Source of the DNA: Octopus sinensis
Lineage: Eukaryota
Direction of reading: 5' to 3'
DNA length: 64,000 bases
NCBI RefSeq assembly: GCF_006345805.1
Contig: NC_042998.1
Coordinates: 193,936,001 to 194,000,000, forward strand
Below are positions 24,112 through 37,300 of the stretch, piece by piece. The notes beneath the pieces are model-generated. The model did no database searches and was not told the origin of the DNA. It saw only the letters and a program-made list of their open reading frames with translations. Position 1 is the stretch's first letter, and each line of letters starts with the position of its first letter. A program made the translations under genes and the position numbers.

Positions 24112-25384
24112 AAAGGGTTACGTGTACATGGAGGAGAGAGTGTTGTCACTCAGCGAAGGGGAAAATGGAAAGCGAAAGACTAGATCAAAGACTAAAGAGG
24201 ACTCAGGACTCAGAGGTGGTGAGTGGTGTTAGTCACCAGATTTCTGTGACTGTTTTGGCAGGCTTTTTACAGCTGGACTCCCTTCCTAACACCAACCACT
24301 CAGTAAAGTGGACTTAGTGCTTTTTATGTGGAACAAGCACAGGCAAGGGCAGTTTTGGCAAGGTTTTTACAGCTGGATGCCCTTCAAAACACCAACCACT
24401 TTACAGTGTGAACTGGGTGCTTTTAAGTGGCATGGCACCTGCACTGACAGGATCATCAAGTACTTGCAAGACAAAAACTTTTAAAAGGGGAGGAGGTGAT
24501 GATGAAAAGGTTATAGAGAGACGGATATAGGTATCTTGCTGTAGAGGAAGTACAAAGTTACCTGGCCAGAGAGAGAAAGATCAGGAATGAAGACAGAAAC
24601 AGGTGTGCTACCACAAAGAAAATACACAGTTGCTCAACCTGAGAAAGATGCAGGAGAGAGAGAGAGTGAGAGACCACAGGATGGAGATGGTGGCAAAATG
24701 CCAGGCATACTCACAAGGAATGGGGATCAGAGTATAAATGAGATGGTTGAGTAAAGGAAGAGAGAGATATAGATAGTGGCAAGTACCAGGGCATACTCCT
24801 GAGGTTCAAATGCCATAATATAAGTGACAGGATATTGCGAAGAGAGTGCAATTAAAGAATGCGAGTAATGACAAAAGACCTGGGTATACATATAGAGTTG
24901 GAGGGGTACCGGATAGCAATGATATAGAGGAACAGGGGTGTGAGGACAGGATTAGGGAGTGAGAGCTAGGTATAGTGAATGAAGGAGGAAATGCAAGAAA
25001 GAGAAGAGATGTACATTGGTTTGTTGGGGTAGAGTGAGGGAGAAGTTTTCTTGTTACATGTGGGTGGAACACCCAGGTCGGGGGGCTACCAGATGGTAAT
25101 TATAGGGTGAGACAAGGCATGTGGATAGAACGTACAGGTCAAAGGCAAGCAGAGAGCAATGATACAGTGGCACTGGCCCAGGAGGACAAGATTGGGGAGT
25201 GGGAAGTAATCATAGTACATGAAGCAGAAATGTGAGGAAGAGAAGGGATGTAGAGATGTGGTTTGATTCGTTGTGGTAGAGTGTGTGAGAAGTTTTCTTG
25301 TTAAGTATGGGTGGGACATACAGCGCTCCTAGAACTCAGTTTCGCTGATGTGGACAGATATCATATCACCAGACATTTCACTCC

Positions 25385-26555
25385 ATGGTCATTTCCTCCG
25401 TGAGATCCAACCTCCTGATATCAGTCCTGCCACTTCATCCCATATCTTTCTGGGTCTCCCACTTCCACAAGTACCATCCACTTTCAGTGATCAGCACTTC
25501 TTCATGCAGCTATCCTCATTCATATGCATCACATGTCCAAACCAACATAGTCTTCTCTCTTGCTCACTACATTTGATCCTTCTTATGCCCAACTTTTCTC
25601 TCAATGCATTTTGCATTTTGTCGTACATGTGCACTGATGTTGCACATCCAACAGAGCATACTACCTTCGTTTCTCTCTAGTCTATGCATGTCTTCTGCAT
25701 TCAGAGCCCATGTCTCACTACCATGGAGTATAACCATTCACACACAAGCATCATATAGTCTACCTTTCATTCTGAGAGAGAGTCCTTTTGTTGCCAACAG
25801 AGGTAATAGCTCTCTGAACTTCCTCCAACCAATTCTTATTCTAGAAACAATATTTTCAGAGCATCCGCCACCATTGCTAATTTGGTTACCTAGGTACCAA
25901 AAACTATTTACAACCTCAAGAGAGCCTCTTGGACATTTGAGAGACTCTAAGTCCTGTGTGCTCTTAGTGCTTATTGTTCCTGCACATCTGCCACATACAA
26001 AGATGACTTTATCTGTTAATCTACCTGTGATACCACTGCATCTTTTATGAGTCCATACTTTACACTGGGTGTAGCGAATGGAATTTCTTCCAACTCCTTT
26101 CCTATATATGGAGCAGGGCCATTTACCTGACAGAAAGAAAGTTTTATCTTCTTTCTTACTAACAACCACTTTTGTCTTAGCTAGGTAAACTTTAAGGTCC
26201 TTTGATTCCAGGTTTTCTTTCCATATCTGGAATTGCTTCTCCAATTCTGCTTAAGATTCTGCAATAAGAGCAAGGTTATCAGCATATAGTAGTTCCCACA
26301 GGCACCCAGTTTTGAATTTTTTTTATGGCCTGGAAGATTATAATGAATAAGAGTGGGCTGAGAACTGAGTCTGGTGAACCCCTACCTGAATACTAAATTC
26401 ATCACTGTATTCATAGCCAGCCCTCACCTTACTGACAGCACCACTGTCAGTAAGGACTTGGACAGCTCTAACAAGCTACTCCTCTACTCCTAACTTCCTT
26501 AGAGACCACCATATAACAGAGCGAGGAACTCTGTCGAAAGCTTTCTCCAGGTCAA
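25385..26555 (-). mobile_element. 5'-truncated RTE-like LINE RT fragment, same family as 12340-15160
   Basis: FVDLEKAFDRVPR near 26555-26520; LLYADNL near 26290; ORF 26244-25738 KWPCSIYRKGVGRNSI..CKVWTHKRCSGI..GWRKFRELLPLL. Confidence 0.9.
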
Positions 26556-26961
26556 CAAATATATATATATATATCACCATTTTAACATCCTTTTTTACCA
26601 TGGGTGATGATGACAATGATAAAGGATGAAATGACTGAGTAAGTAGAAAAATAATTAGTTGCAGAATGATCGCAGAGGAATGAGTTTTCCCAGCAGATCA
26701 ATAAATCTATTTTCAGGAATAATAAAGCCCTTTTTGAAGATTATGTTAGTTTTTGGGTTAACAATCAACTCCAAGAGAAAAACGTTTTGCCTAAGGTCTG
26801 ATGCAAGACATGAAGATGAAACAAATTTAAAGAATTTGAAATTTATTTTCATAAAATATAATTTTACAAGAGTAGTCTGAAGTATAATCACAAATACATG
26901 CAGCCAAAATGGGGTTGCTCTAAAGGGTTTGGAGAGTAATGATACTCAACAATGATACTTA

Positions 26962-27352
26962 AGGTGGCGAGTTGGCAGAAACATTAGCACACTGGGCGAA
27001 ATGCTTAGTAGTATTTCATCTGCTGTTACGTTCTGAGTTCAAATTCCAAATTTCAGGGTCGATAAATTAAGTACCAGTTACGCGCTGGGATCGATATAAT
27101 AGACTTAATACCTATGTCTGTCCTTGTTTGTCCCCTCTATGTTTAGCTCCTAGTGGATAATAAAGAAATAGGTATTTTGTCTGCCGTTACGTTGTGAGTT
27201 CAAATTCCACTGAGGTCGACTTTGCCTTTCATCCTTTCGAGGTCAATAAATTAAGTACCAGTTACGCACTGGGGTCGATATAATCGACTTAATCCCTTTG
27301 TCTGTCCTTGTTTGTCCTCTCTGTGTTTAGCCCCTTGTTGTTAGTAAAGAAA
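26962..27352 (+). mobile_element. tRNA-derived SINE family C, internally duplicated
   Basis: GGTGGCGAGTTGGCAGAAACATTAGCAC head; same core as 7625-8017. Confidence 0.85.
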
Positions 27353-27439
27353 TAGATACTCAACAAGGGGTGTAACTTGGAGAGTCTGTCCCGGTCAAGC
27401 CACTACTTGTCCAATACTACTGAGGTTATAGCTCTGTGT

Positions 27440-27690
27440 ATTATAGACACATGTATGATTAGAATGTCACGGGAGAGAATTGTAAGACAGATTCTTCAAG
27501 CTGCGCCAATGAGCAGGAGACCTAGTGGGTAGATCAAGAACGAGATGGTTGGATTATACCCACAGTCTTAGTTTGGTCACACTTGGGAATCCAGCTGGAA
27601 AGTGTAATAATGACAGCTTCTGACAGGATCTTATGGAAGAGGTACCTGAGGATTCTACCCCCACGTATAGTGGGTAGAGAAGATGGAGGG
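27440..27690 (+). mobile_element. RTE-like LINE 3' fragment
   Basis: Decayed ERIVRQILQA..RRP..SRTRWLDY-type C-terminal motif. Confidence 0.45.
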
Positions 27691-27883
27691 ATGGACTACA
27701 AAACACTTAATATACTACAGCAGTGATGAATTGCAATCCTTAATTATATATAACATGCTTTTTTACTTTGTAAAGCTGTGGCTATCACAGTTTTTTAAGT
27801 GGCCACAAAAGAATCGGGCACCCTACTACAGCCTACTTATTTAAGGATATTTGAGGGAACAATTAAGATTTCTCTTTTACTCT

Positions 27884-28262
27884 TTTACTTGTTTCAGTCA
27901 TTTGACTGCGGCCATGCTGGGGCACCAACTTTAGTTGAGCAAATCAACCCCAGGACTTATTCTTTGGAAGCCTAGTGGAACCGCTAAGTGAAGGGGACAT
28001 AAACACACCAGCATCGGTTGTCAAGCAATGCTAGGGGGACAAACACAGACACACAAACATACACACGCATATATATATATATATATATACATATATACGA
28101 CGGGCTTCTTTCAGTTTCCGTCTACCAAATCCACTCACAAGGATTTGGTCGGCCCGAGGCTATAGTAGAAGACACTTCTCCCAAGGTGCCACGCAGTGGG
28201 ACTGAACCCGGAACCATGTGGTTGGTAAGCAAGCTACTTACCACACAGCCACTCCTCCGCCT
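27884..28262 (-). mobile_element. tRNA-derived SINE family B
   Basis: Reverse complement of the 63615 type. Confidence 0.9.
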
Positions 28263-28389
28263 ATATTTCTGCTGATTTTCATTTTACTCCACATCAATTC
28301 TCATCTGTCCATTGGTCTTTTTGACATGACTAAAAACATATATTAGAGTATAATTGTAAATATACATACGTATATGTGTATATATTTAT

Positions 28390-30715
28390 TTGATCGTGGC
28401 CGTTCGCCAGCCTCATCCGGCACCTGTGTCGGTGGCACATAAAAACACCATCCGAAGACCCGGCAAGACTAGTCAGGCCATAATCCGTGGCCCCAACCTG
28501 GGACGTAGTCAGTCCACCTGTGCATACCTTCCTTCTTGTGACACTTGTGAAGACCTTTTGAGGCAAGTGAAAGTGAAAATCAAAATAAAATAGATGAACA
28601 TCAATGGAATTTGTATCTTTATAGTACCAGTGCCGGTGGCACACAAGAAAACCATCCGAACGTGGCCGTAGCCAGTACCGCATCGACTGGCCTCCGTGCT
28701 GTGGGCACGTAACAAACACCATCCGATCATGTCCGTTCGCCAGCCTCATCAGGCACCTGTGTCGGTGGCACATAAAAACACCATCTGAAGACCCGGCAAG
28801 ATTAGTCAGGCCATAACCCGTGGCCCCTACCTGGGACGTAGTCAGTCCGCCTGTGCATACCTTCCTTCTTGTGACACTTGTGAAGACCTGTTGAGGCAAG
28901 TGATCAAATCAAAACAAATCAAAATAGATGAGCATCAATGGAATTTGTATCTTTGTGGTACCAGGGCCGGTGGCACACAAGATAACCATCCGAACATGGC
29001 CGTAGCCAGTACCGCATCGACTGGCCTCTGTGCTGTGGGCTCATAACAAACACCATCCGATCGTGGCCGTTCGCCAGCCTCATCTGGCACCTGTGTCGGT
29101 GGCACATAAAAACACCATCCGAAGACCCGGCAAGACTAGTCAGGCCATAACCCGTGGCCTCTACTTGGGACGTAATCAGTCCACCTGTGCATACCTTCCT
29201 TCTTGTGACACTTGTGAAGACCTGTTGAGACAAGTGATCAAATCAAATCAAAATAGATGAACATCAATGGAATTTGTATCTTTGTGGTACCAGTGCCGGT
29301 GGCACACAAGAAAACCATCCGAACGTGGCCGTAGCCAGTACCGCATCGACTGGCCTCCGTGCTGTGGGCACGTAACAAACACCATCCGATCATGTCCGTT
29401 CGCCAGCCTCATCAGGCACCTGTGTCGGTGGCACATAAAAACACCATCTGAAGACCCGGCAAGACTAGTCAGGCCATAACCCGTGGCCCCTACCTGGGAC
29501 GTAGTCAGTCCGCCTGTGCATACCTTCCTTCTTGTGACACTTGTGAAGACCTGTTGAGGCAAGTGATCAAATCAAAACAAATCAAAATAGATGAGCATCA
29601 ATGGAATTTGTATCTTTGTGGTACCAGGGCCGGTGGCACACAAGATAACCATCCGAACATGGCCGTAGCCAGTACCGCATCGACTGGCCTCTGTGCTGTG
29701 GGCTCATAACAAACACCATCCGATCGTGGCCGTTCGCCAGCCTCATCTGGCACCTGTGTCGGTGGCACATAAAAACACCATCCGAAGACCCGGCAAGACT
29801 AGTCAGGCCATAACCCGTGGCCTCTACTTGGGACGTAATCAGTCCACCTGTGCATACCTTCCTTCTTGTGACACTTGTGAAGACCTGTTGAGACAAGTGA
29901 TCAAATCAAATCAAAATAGATGAACATCAATGGAATTTGTATCTTTGTGGTACCAGTGCCGGTGGCACACAAGAAAACCATCCGAACGTGGCCGTAGCCA
30001 GTACTGCATCGACTGGCCTCCGTGCTGTGGGCACGTAACAAACACCATCCATCTGGCACCTGTGTCGGAGACACATAAAAACATCATCCGAAGACCCGGC
30101 AAGACTAGTCAGGCCATAACCCGTGGCCCCTACCTGGGACGTTGTCAGTTCACCTGTGCATGCCTTCCTTCCTTCTTGTGACACTTGTGAAGACCTGTTG
30201 AGGCAAGTGAAAATCAAATCAAATCAAATCAAAATAGATGAACATCAATGGAATTTGTATCTTTGTGGTACCAGTGCCGGTGGCACAAGAAAACCATCCG
30301 AACGTGGCCATAGCCAGTACCGCATCGACTGGCCTCCATGCTGTGGGCACGTAAGAAACACCATCCGATCGTGGCCGTTCGTCAGCCTCGTCTGGCACCT
30401 GTGTCGGTGGCACATAAAAACACCATCCGAGCGTGGCCGTTCGCCAGCCTCGTCTGGCACCTGTGTCGGTGGCACATAAAAACACCATCCGAGCGTGGCC
30501 GTTCGCCAGCCTCGTCTGGCACCTGTGTCGGTGGCACATAAAATCACCCACTACACTCTCGGAGTGGTTGGCGTTAGGAAGGGCATCCAGCTGTAGAAAC
30601 ACTGCCAGATCTGACTGGACTGGCCTGGTGCAGCCTTCGGGCTCCCCAGACCCCAGTTGAATGTCCAACCCATGCTAGCATGGAAAGCGGACGTTAAACG
30701 ATGATGATGATGATG
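28390..30715 (+). repeat. Tandem array of ~330-bp SINE/LINE-end units with a 663-bp higher-order period, ending in a tailed SINE
   Basis: Anchor TAGATGA(A/G)CATCAATGG at 28591, 28925, 29254, 29588, 29917 and 30235 (spacings 334/329/334/329/318); three 62-bp subrepeats at 30370, 30432 and 30494. Confidence 0.95.
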
Positions 30716-30929
30716 TAACAGGTACTCTTTACACTTTTACTTGTTTCAGTCATTTGGCACACACACACAGACATATATATATATATATATATGGCGTTAG
30801 GAAGGGCATCCAGCTGTAGAAACATTGCCAAATTAGACTGGAGCCTGGTGCAGCCTTCTGGCTTCCCAGAACCCCGGTCGAACCGTCCAACCCATGCTAG
30901 CATGGAGAACGGACGTTAAACGACGATAT

Positions 30930-31115
30930 ATATATATATTCATATATATACAACGGGCTTCTTTCAGTTTCCGTCTACCAAATCCACTCACAAGGCTTTG
31001 GTCGGCCCGAGGCTATAGTAGTAGAAGACACTTGCCCAAGGTGCCACGCAGTGGGACTGAACCCGGAACCACGTGGTTGGTAAGCAAGCTACTTACCACA
31101 CAGCCACTCCTACGC
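30930..31115 (-). mobile_element. tRNA-derived SINE family B, 5' half
   Basis: Head and core present. Confidence 0.85.
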
Positions 31116-31554
31116 ATATGTATAAATAAATAAATAAATAAATAAATATATAAATAAACGGAGATTACACAAAATTACTAAATGAAGCTAAATTAATGAA
31201 GTATATTTTTTTACAGAAGGATATGAGAAAACCCACAGCCATCGCTTGCAAGCGGGAATGAACCAGAAGCATTTATCATGCTTTCTGTTTTGAGTGCCTC
31301 TGTGGTCGCGAGCAGACAGACACTCTCTCAGTCCAACCATCCTTCATCCATTGAGTATGTGATACCTGGTGGAAGGATGAACTGCATCAGAACTCAACTG
31401 GTACACATTTACAGCTGGCAATATGAAATGAAATGTCTCACTCAAAGACATAATGCACCACCTGGTCCAGGAATTGAACCCACGAGCGTATGATAGTCAT
31501 CCCAACACCCTAATCACTAGGCCATGTGTTTTTTGTTTCATTTCGCATTAGATA

Positions 31555-32106
31555 TACTCTCTTTACACTTTACTCTTTTACTTGTTTCAGTCATTTGACT
31601 GCGACCATGCTGGAGCACCGCCTTTAGTTGAGCAAATCGACCCCGGGGCTTATTCTTTGTAAGCCCAGTACTTATTCTATCGGTCTTTTTTGCTGAACCA
31701 CTAAGTTACGGGGACGTAAACACACCAGCATCGGTTGTCAAGCGATGTTGGGGGGACAAACACAGACACACACACACACATATATACATATATACGATGG
31801 GCTTTGTAAGCCCAGTACTTATTCTATCGGTCTCTTTTGCCAAACCGCTAAGTGACGGGGACGTAAACACACTATCGGTTGTCAAGCAATGCTAGGGGGA
31901 CAAACACATACACACACACACATATATATATATGCATATATACGACGGGTTTCTTTTCAGTTTCCGTCTACCAAATCCACTCACAAGGCATTGGTCGGCC
32001 CGGGGCTATAGCAGAAGACACTTGCCCAAGATGCCACGCAGTGGGACTGAACCCGGAACCATGTGGTTGGTTAGCAAGCTACTTACCACACAGCCACTCC
32101 TGCGCC
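31555..32106 (-). mobile_element. tRNA-derived SINE family B with internal duplication
   Basis: Segment TTTGTAAGCCCAGTACTTATTCTATCGG..CACAC occurs twice (~31657 and ~31803). Confidence 0.85.
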
Positions 32107-34839
32107 TATATATATATATGAAACAAAATAACCGAAAAACAAACATATCTGAACTTGATGTGAGTAATAACATAAAGCCCGCTTGTGAATGTCGTGTCGA
32201 CGGTTTATTGTTTGTTATTTACCTCACGACAGTCTCGATGATATTCATTCGACCTACTAGAAATAGCAGCCAAATCTCTATGGTGCAGTTCTGATCGGAA
32301 CATCATCTCACCAACCGTAATTTTTTCGGTTTTTCGATATTTTCAGAAAAGTTATTTGTTTCATCGTACGAAATAGAGTTTGTAGAAACACAAATTCGAA
32401 AAAAAGTTTTCTGAAAATACCAAAAAGTTAAAAAGTTATACAACCTGTGAAATGGTGTAAGTTCGATCAGAACTCTGTGTGATCACTTCCTATTTCCTTA
32501 AAGATAAAACAAAAAATTTAAATGATCTGATACATACTCTCAAAGTTAGCAACGACAAAAAAAGGGGGGGGTCAATAAAATACGGCAAAATACAAAATAA
32601 TTAAACAATTCAAAATAATTAAAATGAACCCCCAAAAAATAGGGTGGCTCCAGCATGGCGTCTAAAGAAAATAAAATTGTTTCTAATTTGATTTGACTAT
32701 CGATTTATGATTTGCTTCAAGGCTGTCTCACAAACTACTACCACTCTAAAATATGATAAAAAAAGGAAGGGATATATTATCAGCTAGGCAGGGCAAATGT
32801 TCTCACTTGTCGTTTTTTTCACCCGCACAAAAGTTGCAGGACCCATATCGATATTTCACAGACATCTGTCACCCTAATTTCAAATAAGATTTATTGGTTT
32901 AAACACATGACCTACTAATTTCAATGGTAAATATTTTAGTTTTTATAACAATCTTCTATCATAAGGGACACCTTATCCGAAACATAAAACTTTCAAAACA
33001 AGTACTACATTCCAATTTATTTTAGTTATCACGTACGCACTGTGCTATGCACATGCACAGATGATTATAATTTTCCAACCGTGACCATTCCGTTTTATTT
33101 TTTAAGGAATTAGTTTTGGGTTGTTGTTTTTTTTAATTAGTAACAAGGATAATCCAACCATGACTATGCCATCTTTTTTTTTTTAATGAATCTTCAGTTA
33201 TATTCGACATACTTCAAAAGTATTCCCCGTAGGAAGGATCCAACCATAATACAAGATAATGAATATTTGTCGCCGGTTGACACTGAAAATGAGAAGTGTT
33301 TTTTTTCATTCTCTCAACTGGAGTACATTAACTTTAGGTCTTAACCCAGGCAGTAATCATAATCCCTAAAGCCAAATACGAAACCAAACTCCTAATCCAA
33401 ACCATAACCAATAACACCTATCATAAATTGTACTAAAATTTTATAGCATGCCACTACATCCATTTACAAGCGTGCACAAAAGAGCCGATTCGGACTGTAA
33501 AATTCGGGATTTTGGTTATTTAAATTAAAAGGCGGAAGTATTGCGGTTCAAAAGAGGGCCATGGATCCCCTAACCTTCGATAAACACATTGTTATAATCG
33601 ATCGATTATACCTTAACATTTGATAAGCGAGTCAATGGTGCAGCCTTTATGTGGTCATTAGACTTGCAAGAAATAGCAGCCAAATTTTCTTCAAAGTACA
33701 CTTTGCAATCTTAAATAAAAGGATACATTGAATAAGTTTTTTTTTTTAAAAGCACAGGTCATGGTTAGAACGCTTTTAGGCATAGGTCTGCTCGATCAGG
33801 GTCGAAATTGAATATTTACTTCATGGATTTACTTCAATGGGTAACAAGCAAAAATAAACTCGTCAGTATTCTAACCGAAAACGTTAAAATATGGTATTAA
33901 CTTGGCATAAATAAAAGCAATGGGGTATTTTATTTCTCTCCGATACTTTATTTTCATTAAGGCGGGAAATCGATATACAAAACATACGCATGCTCCTCTT
34001 CAGTTTTCATTTGAGTTAATGCCCCTTGATTGTAAATGGGGGAGTTTTTATGCTATTATAGAATACCTGTCTGGGAGAGATTAAAGTATCTCAAAATAAA
34101 TTTAAATTTCACTGTATGCCGTTCGTTTTATTCACTTGCATCACAGAGATAATGACATTAAAGAGCAATAAATCTATTCTAAATTTATCTAGCCTATAAA
34201 ATCTTATACAATACTAATGTCTTAAGAAATAAAACGTACGTCCAAATGAACGATATATAACGTTTCAATGGAGATATTCATCTTTAATTTGGCAGGTTCT
34301 GTCAGTAAGATTCTGAGTTAGAGGTAAAAGCCTACTTATAGTGGAACCGATTGCGAAATTATTGTACCTATCTATTCAAGGCGTAATAAAAGCAGGAATC
34401 AATTTTAGGTCGAAATGTTCAAGGGAGGTAATCTACATACCAGTTCTATATGGAAGCATCTTTTCTGTATTATTCATCATTTGTTTAAACCATTCGTGTG
34501 CTTTTATGTAATTGTTTAATCCCGGGTCAGACTCGATCCAGCAAACCTATGATCAAAGTTAAGGACATCCCATCTTTTATTCAAACACTGTGCACACATG
34601 TCTCATTATCCGCTGTAGAGTATCATTTCCAGGAGATTTGGCTGATATTTCCCAAACAAACGAGCGTCCCAGTCTATCCCATAAGTGCTCTTACCATCGC
34701 TACGTTCAGGTCAATGGGCTCCTAGATCGTTGATATGTCTGGGACCATTTGATTATATTACTATTTCCAGTTCTAAAACAACATGATAGTGCATCCCATC
34801 CTTTCGAATTGATTCATTGACAACATAAGTCAGAACATT

Positions 34840-34945
34840 TGGTACATGTCCAAATTCATGCAATGTTGTATTGTAGCGAGACATGGGCCTTGAATGTGAA
34901 AGTTTTGGAAGGCTGCAAAGAAACGTGGCAAACATAATCCCCTAC
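34840..34945 (+). mobile_element. Short RTE-like RT C-terminal relic
   Basis: MLYCSETWALNVKVLE reading, similar to the 25385-26555 family. Confidence 0.5.
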
Positions 34946-35396
34946 TATGTTAATGTATATGAATGCAAATGAACTGATTGAAAACTGAATTGAAAAGGAG
35001 TCAGGTATAATATACAAGAGAGAAGATTGCGCAAGTGTAGGGATATGATGCCTATAAAAGATATTAGTTTCATAACGAAATGCTGGGGATTCCAGTTGAG
35101 TGGAACCGGCGGAGAGAGAGGCCAACAAAAACAGGAATAACGAGTGAAGATTGATCTCAGAAGACTAAATTCTATAAACAAGACGACAAATGACCATGGT
35201 TAATACTATTGGAAAAGACATGCAGTTCCAATAGTGGTTCATGTTTAGTCATTTCTAAGTATAGAGCCGTGACTTCGGTGTTGCTCATTTCCACTTTCAT
35301 TCTCTTATTTCCCTCTATATTCCCTATCTCCTCCTTTTCCACAATAATTCCTTATTTCGAACTTAAACATTTACCTCTATTTAACCATCTCACATC

Positions 35397-35444
35397 GTCT
35401 CTGATGAAGGGATATCGACAATATCACAGAAACAGCTGTAAGAC
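35397..35444 (+). ncRNA. Minimal type I hammerhead ribozyme motif (Penelope-like element type)
   Basis: GTCT-CTGATGA-[stem II GATAT/ATATC, loop CGACA]-GAAA-C(AGCT)G-TA-AGAC; stem I GTCT/AGAC; palindromic stem III; base of stem II is mismatched. Confidence 0.7.
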
Positions 35445-35470
35445 TATATCTATATCTCTTTCCTTATAAA

Positions 35471-36131
35471 TGTCTGAAAACTCCTCGCAGCCTTGGATTT
35501 ATCTCTTTTTGTCTAAGTGTTGATGTTCGTGCGCTTACTTATGTATATATGTACTAGTTCGTAGTCAATTGTACACGGAAGTTGAAATACTGTATCAAGA
35601 AATTGCGGCGATGATACAGAGCTGAAGTTGCGGTACGTGTCGTGCGTGAAGTTGTGGCTGTAATGCTGCTGCCTGGGTCACTAGGTACAGGAGTTCTCGC
35701 AGGTTGTATATTCGCTGTTAACCATGGTGAAGTAATTCACAAACAGTGCTATGTTAGAACCTGTGCAGTGTAGAGAGATGATGTTGACGTTAAGAAGATG
35801 ATGGTGGTTGCCGTAATGCTGTTGGACAGGTCGTCTGGCATTGTCGCTGGAACTGGCTGTGTCTTGTGTGGTCAGTGGTTAGACCTTAAACGCTCTGGAA
35901 CCAAAGACCTCAAGACGTGGAGAAGGCGAATTTTTATAAGGAACAGTAGGTTCAAATGGGATTGAGAACAGGCTGTCTCACGTGAGCTTATATAGGGGCT
36001 TCGACTGGTTATACGCTGCATATTAGCGCGACAGAGTAAGAGACAAATTGCGCCAATACCAACCAATCAGAGCAGTGGACACAACGGGGTCCGTCCAAAT
36101 AGCGGCCAAAGGCTAGCTGTTATCTGCTACG
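35471..36131 (-). mobile_element. Possible solo LTR / Pol II promoter-like segment
   Basis: Minus-strand TATATAAG (35994-35987) with two CCAAT boxes (36053-36057, 36063-36067); CpG-rich; no TSD found. Confidence 0.35.
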
Positions 36132-36180
36132 TTTGAATGCCCGTATATATAAATATATAATAAAGGTGAGAGGAATTTCC

Positions 36181-36278
<98 letters not shown>

Positions 36279-37139
36279 ATACGGAGGGAAAATCCAGGAG
36301 TTCTTACACTTAACTAATCAACCGCCGAACTAGATGATACTTCTTGGTGCCAAAGGCTCTACCCTCTCTATCTAAAGTAAGGACCCAATATTTTAAAACC
36401 TTGGGTGATCAAGATCCCACAACCTTTCAATACCTTGCTCCCAAATCCTGTGATATACGAGGCGTATATATATATTTATCCTAGATATCAAATAAATTCA
36501 TATCGCTACATAAAATGCAAAAGAGATACACAAAAGAACAAAAGAGATACACACTCACACACACATATACAGACATACATATCCGTGTTGTAGTTGGTTT
36601 CTGTTCATTTTAATTTCAATGACGCTATAATACAACTAGTTTAACTCGCAACGGTTCAGTTCACCCATGCATGAATTAGTAACGTGGAGTTTAAATCCGA
36701 TAAACACTTTGTAAGCAGAGTGAACTGAATTAAGAAAGGCTATCTTATTAGTTTTAGCAAACATAAGTCTACTCGATCAGAGACGACCTGGAGCTAAACA
36801 ACATTTGAAAACATGATTATTAGTAGTGGTATTCGAAGAGTTTGAAGCCCCATTATCATATATATAATTACCATAGAACTGTTGTTGAAAAAGCATGGAT
36901 ATGAAATCGCTCAAAGAGAATACATAGCTTAACAAAGTATTTGAAAATAAATGAGATCTATTCAAACTGTTTAGTTAAAAAAAAAATTATTAAAAGATCT
37001 GTAAATGAGATGGAATAGATCCAACGTGAGAAATTCTACTAGTGTTCGAAGCTTCAAACTGTATAGTTAAAACAAAAAATTAAAAAGTCTGTGATTGAGA
37101 TGGAATAAATCCAACAATGTAAACCACCAAATATAAATA

Positions 37140-37300
37140 TGAACAAACTCAAATTCCGCCGAGGTCGACTTTGCCTTTCATCCTTTCGGAGTCGATAAAA
37201 GAAAGTACCAGTTTCGCACTGGGGTCGATGTAATCGACTTAATCCCTTTGTTTGTCCTTGTTTGTCCCCTCTATGTTTAGCCCCTTGTGGGTAATAAAGA
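37140..37300 (+). mobile_element. SINE family C fragment
   Basis: Core and tail present. Confidence 0.75.

Noticed and set aside
28330-30668. Cluster of repeated ~100-aa Cys/His-rich ORFs, or a CRISPR-like array
   Set aside because: The ORFs are incidental readings of the tandem SINE-derived units; there are no unique spacers and the context is eukaryotic.
31455-31530. tRNA-like sequences (also ~54950-55020 and the SINE heads)
   Set aside because: A/B-box-bearing SINE heads without a complete cloverleaf; not tRNA genes.
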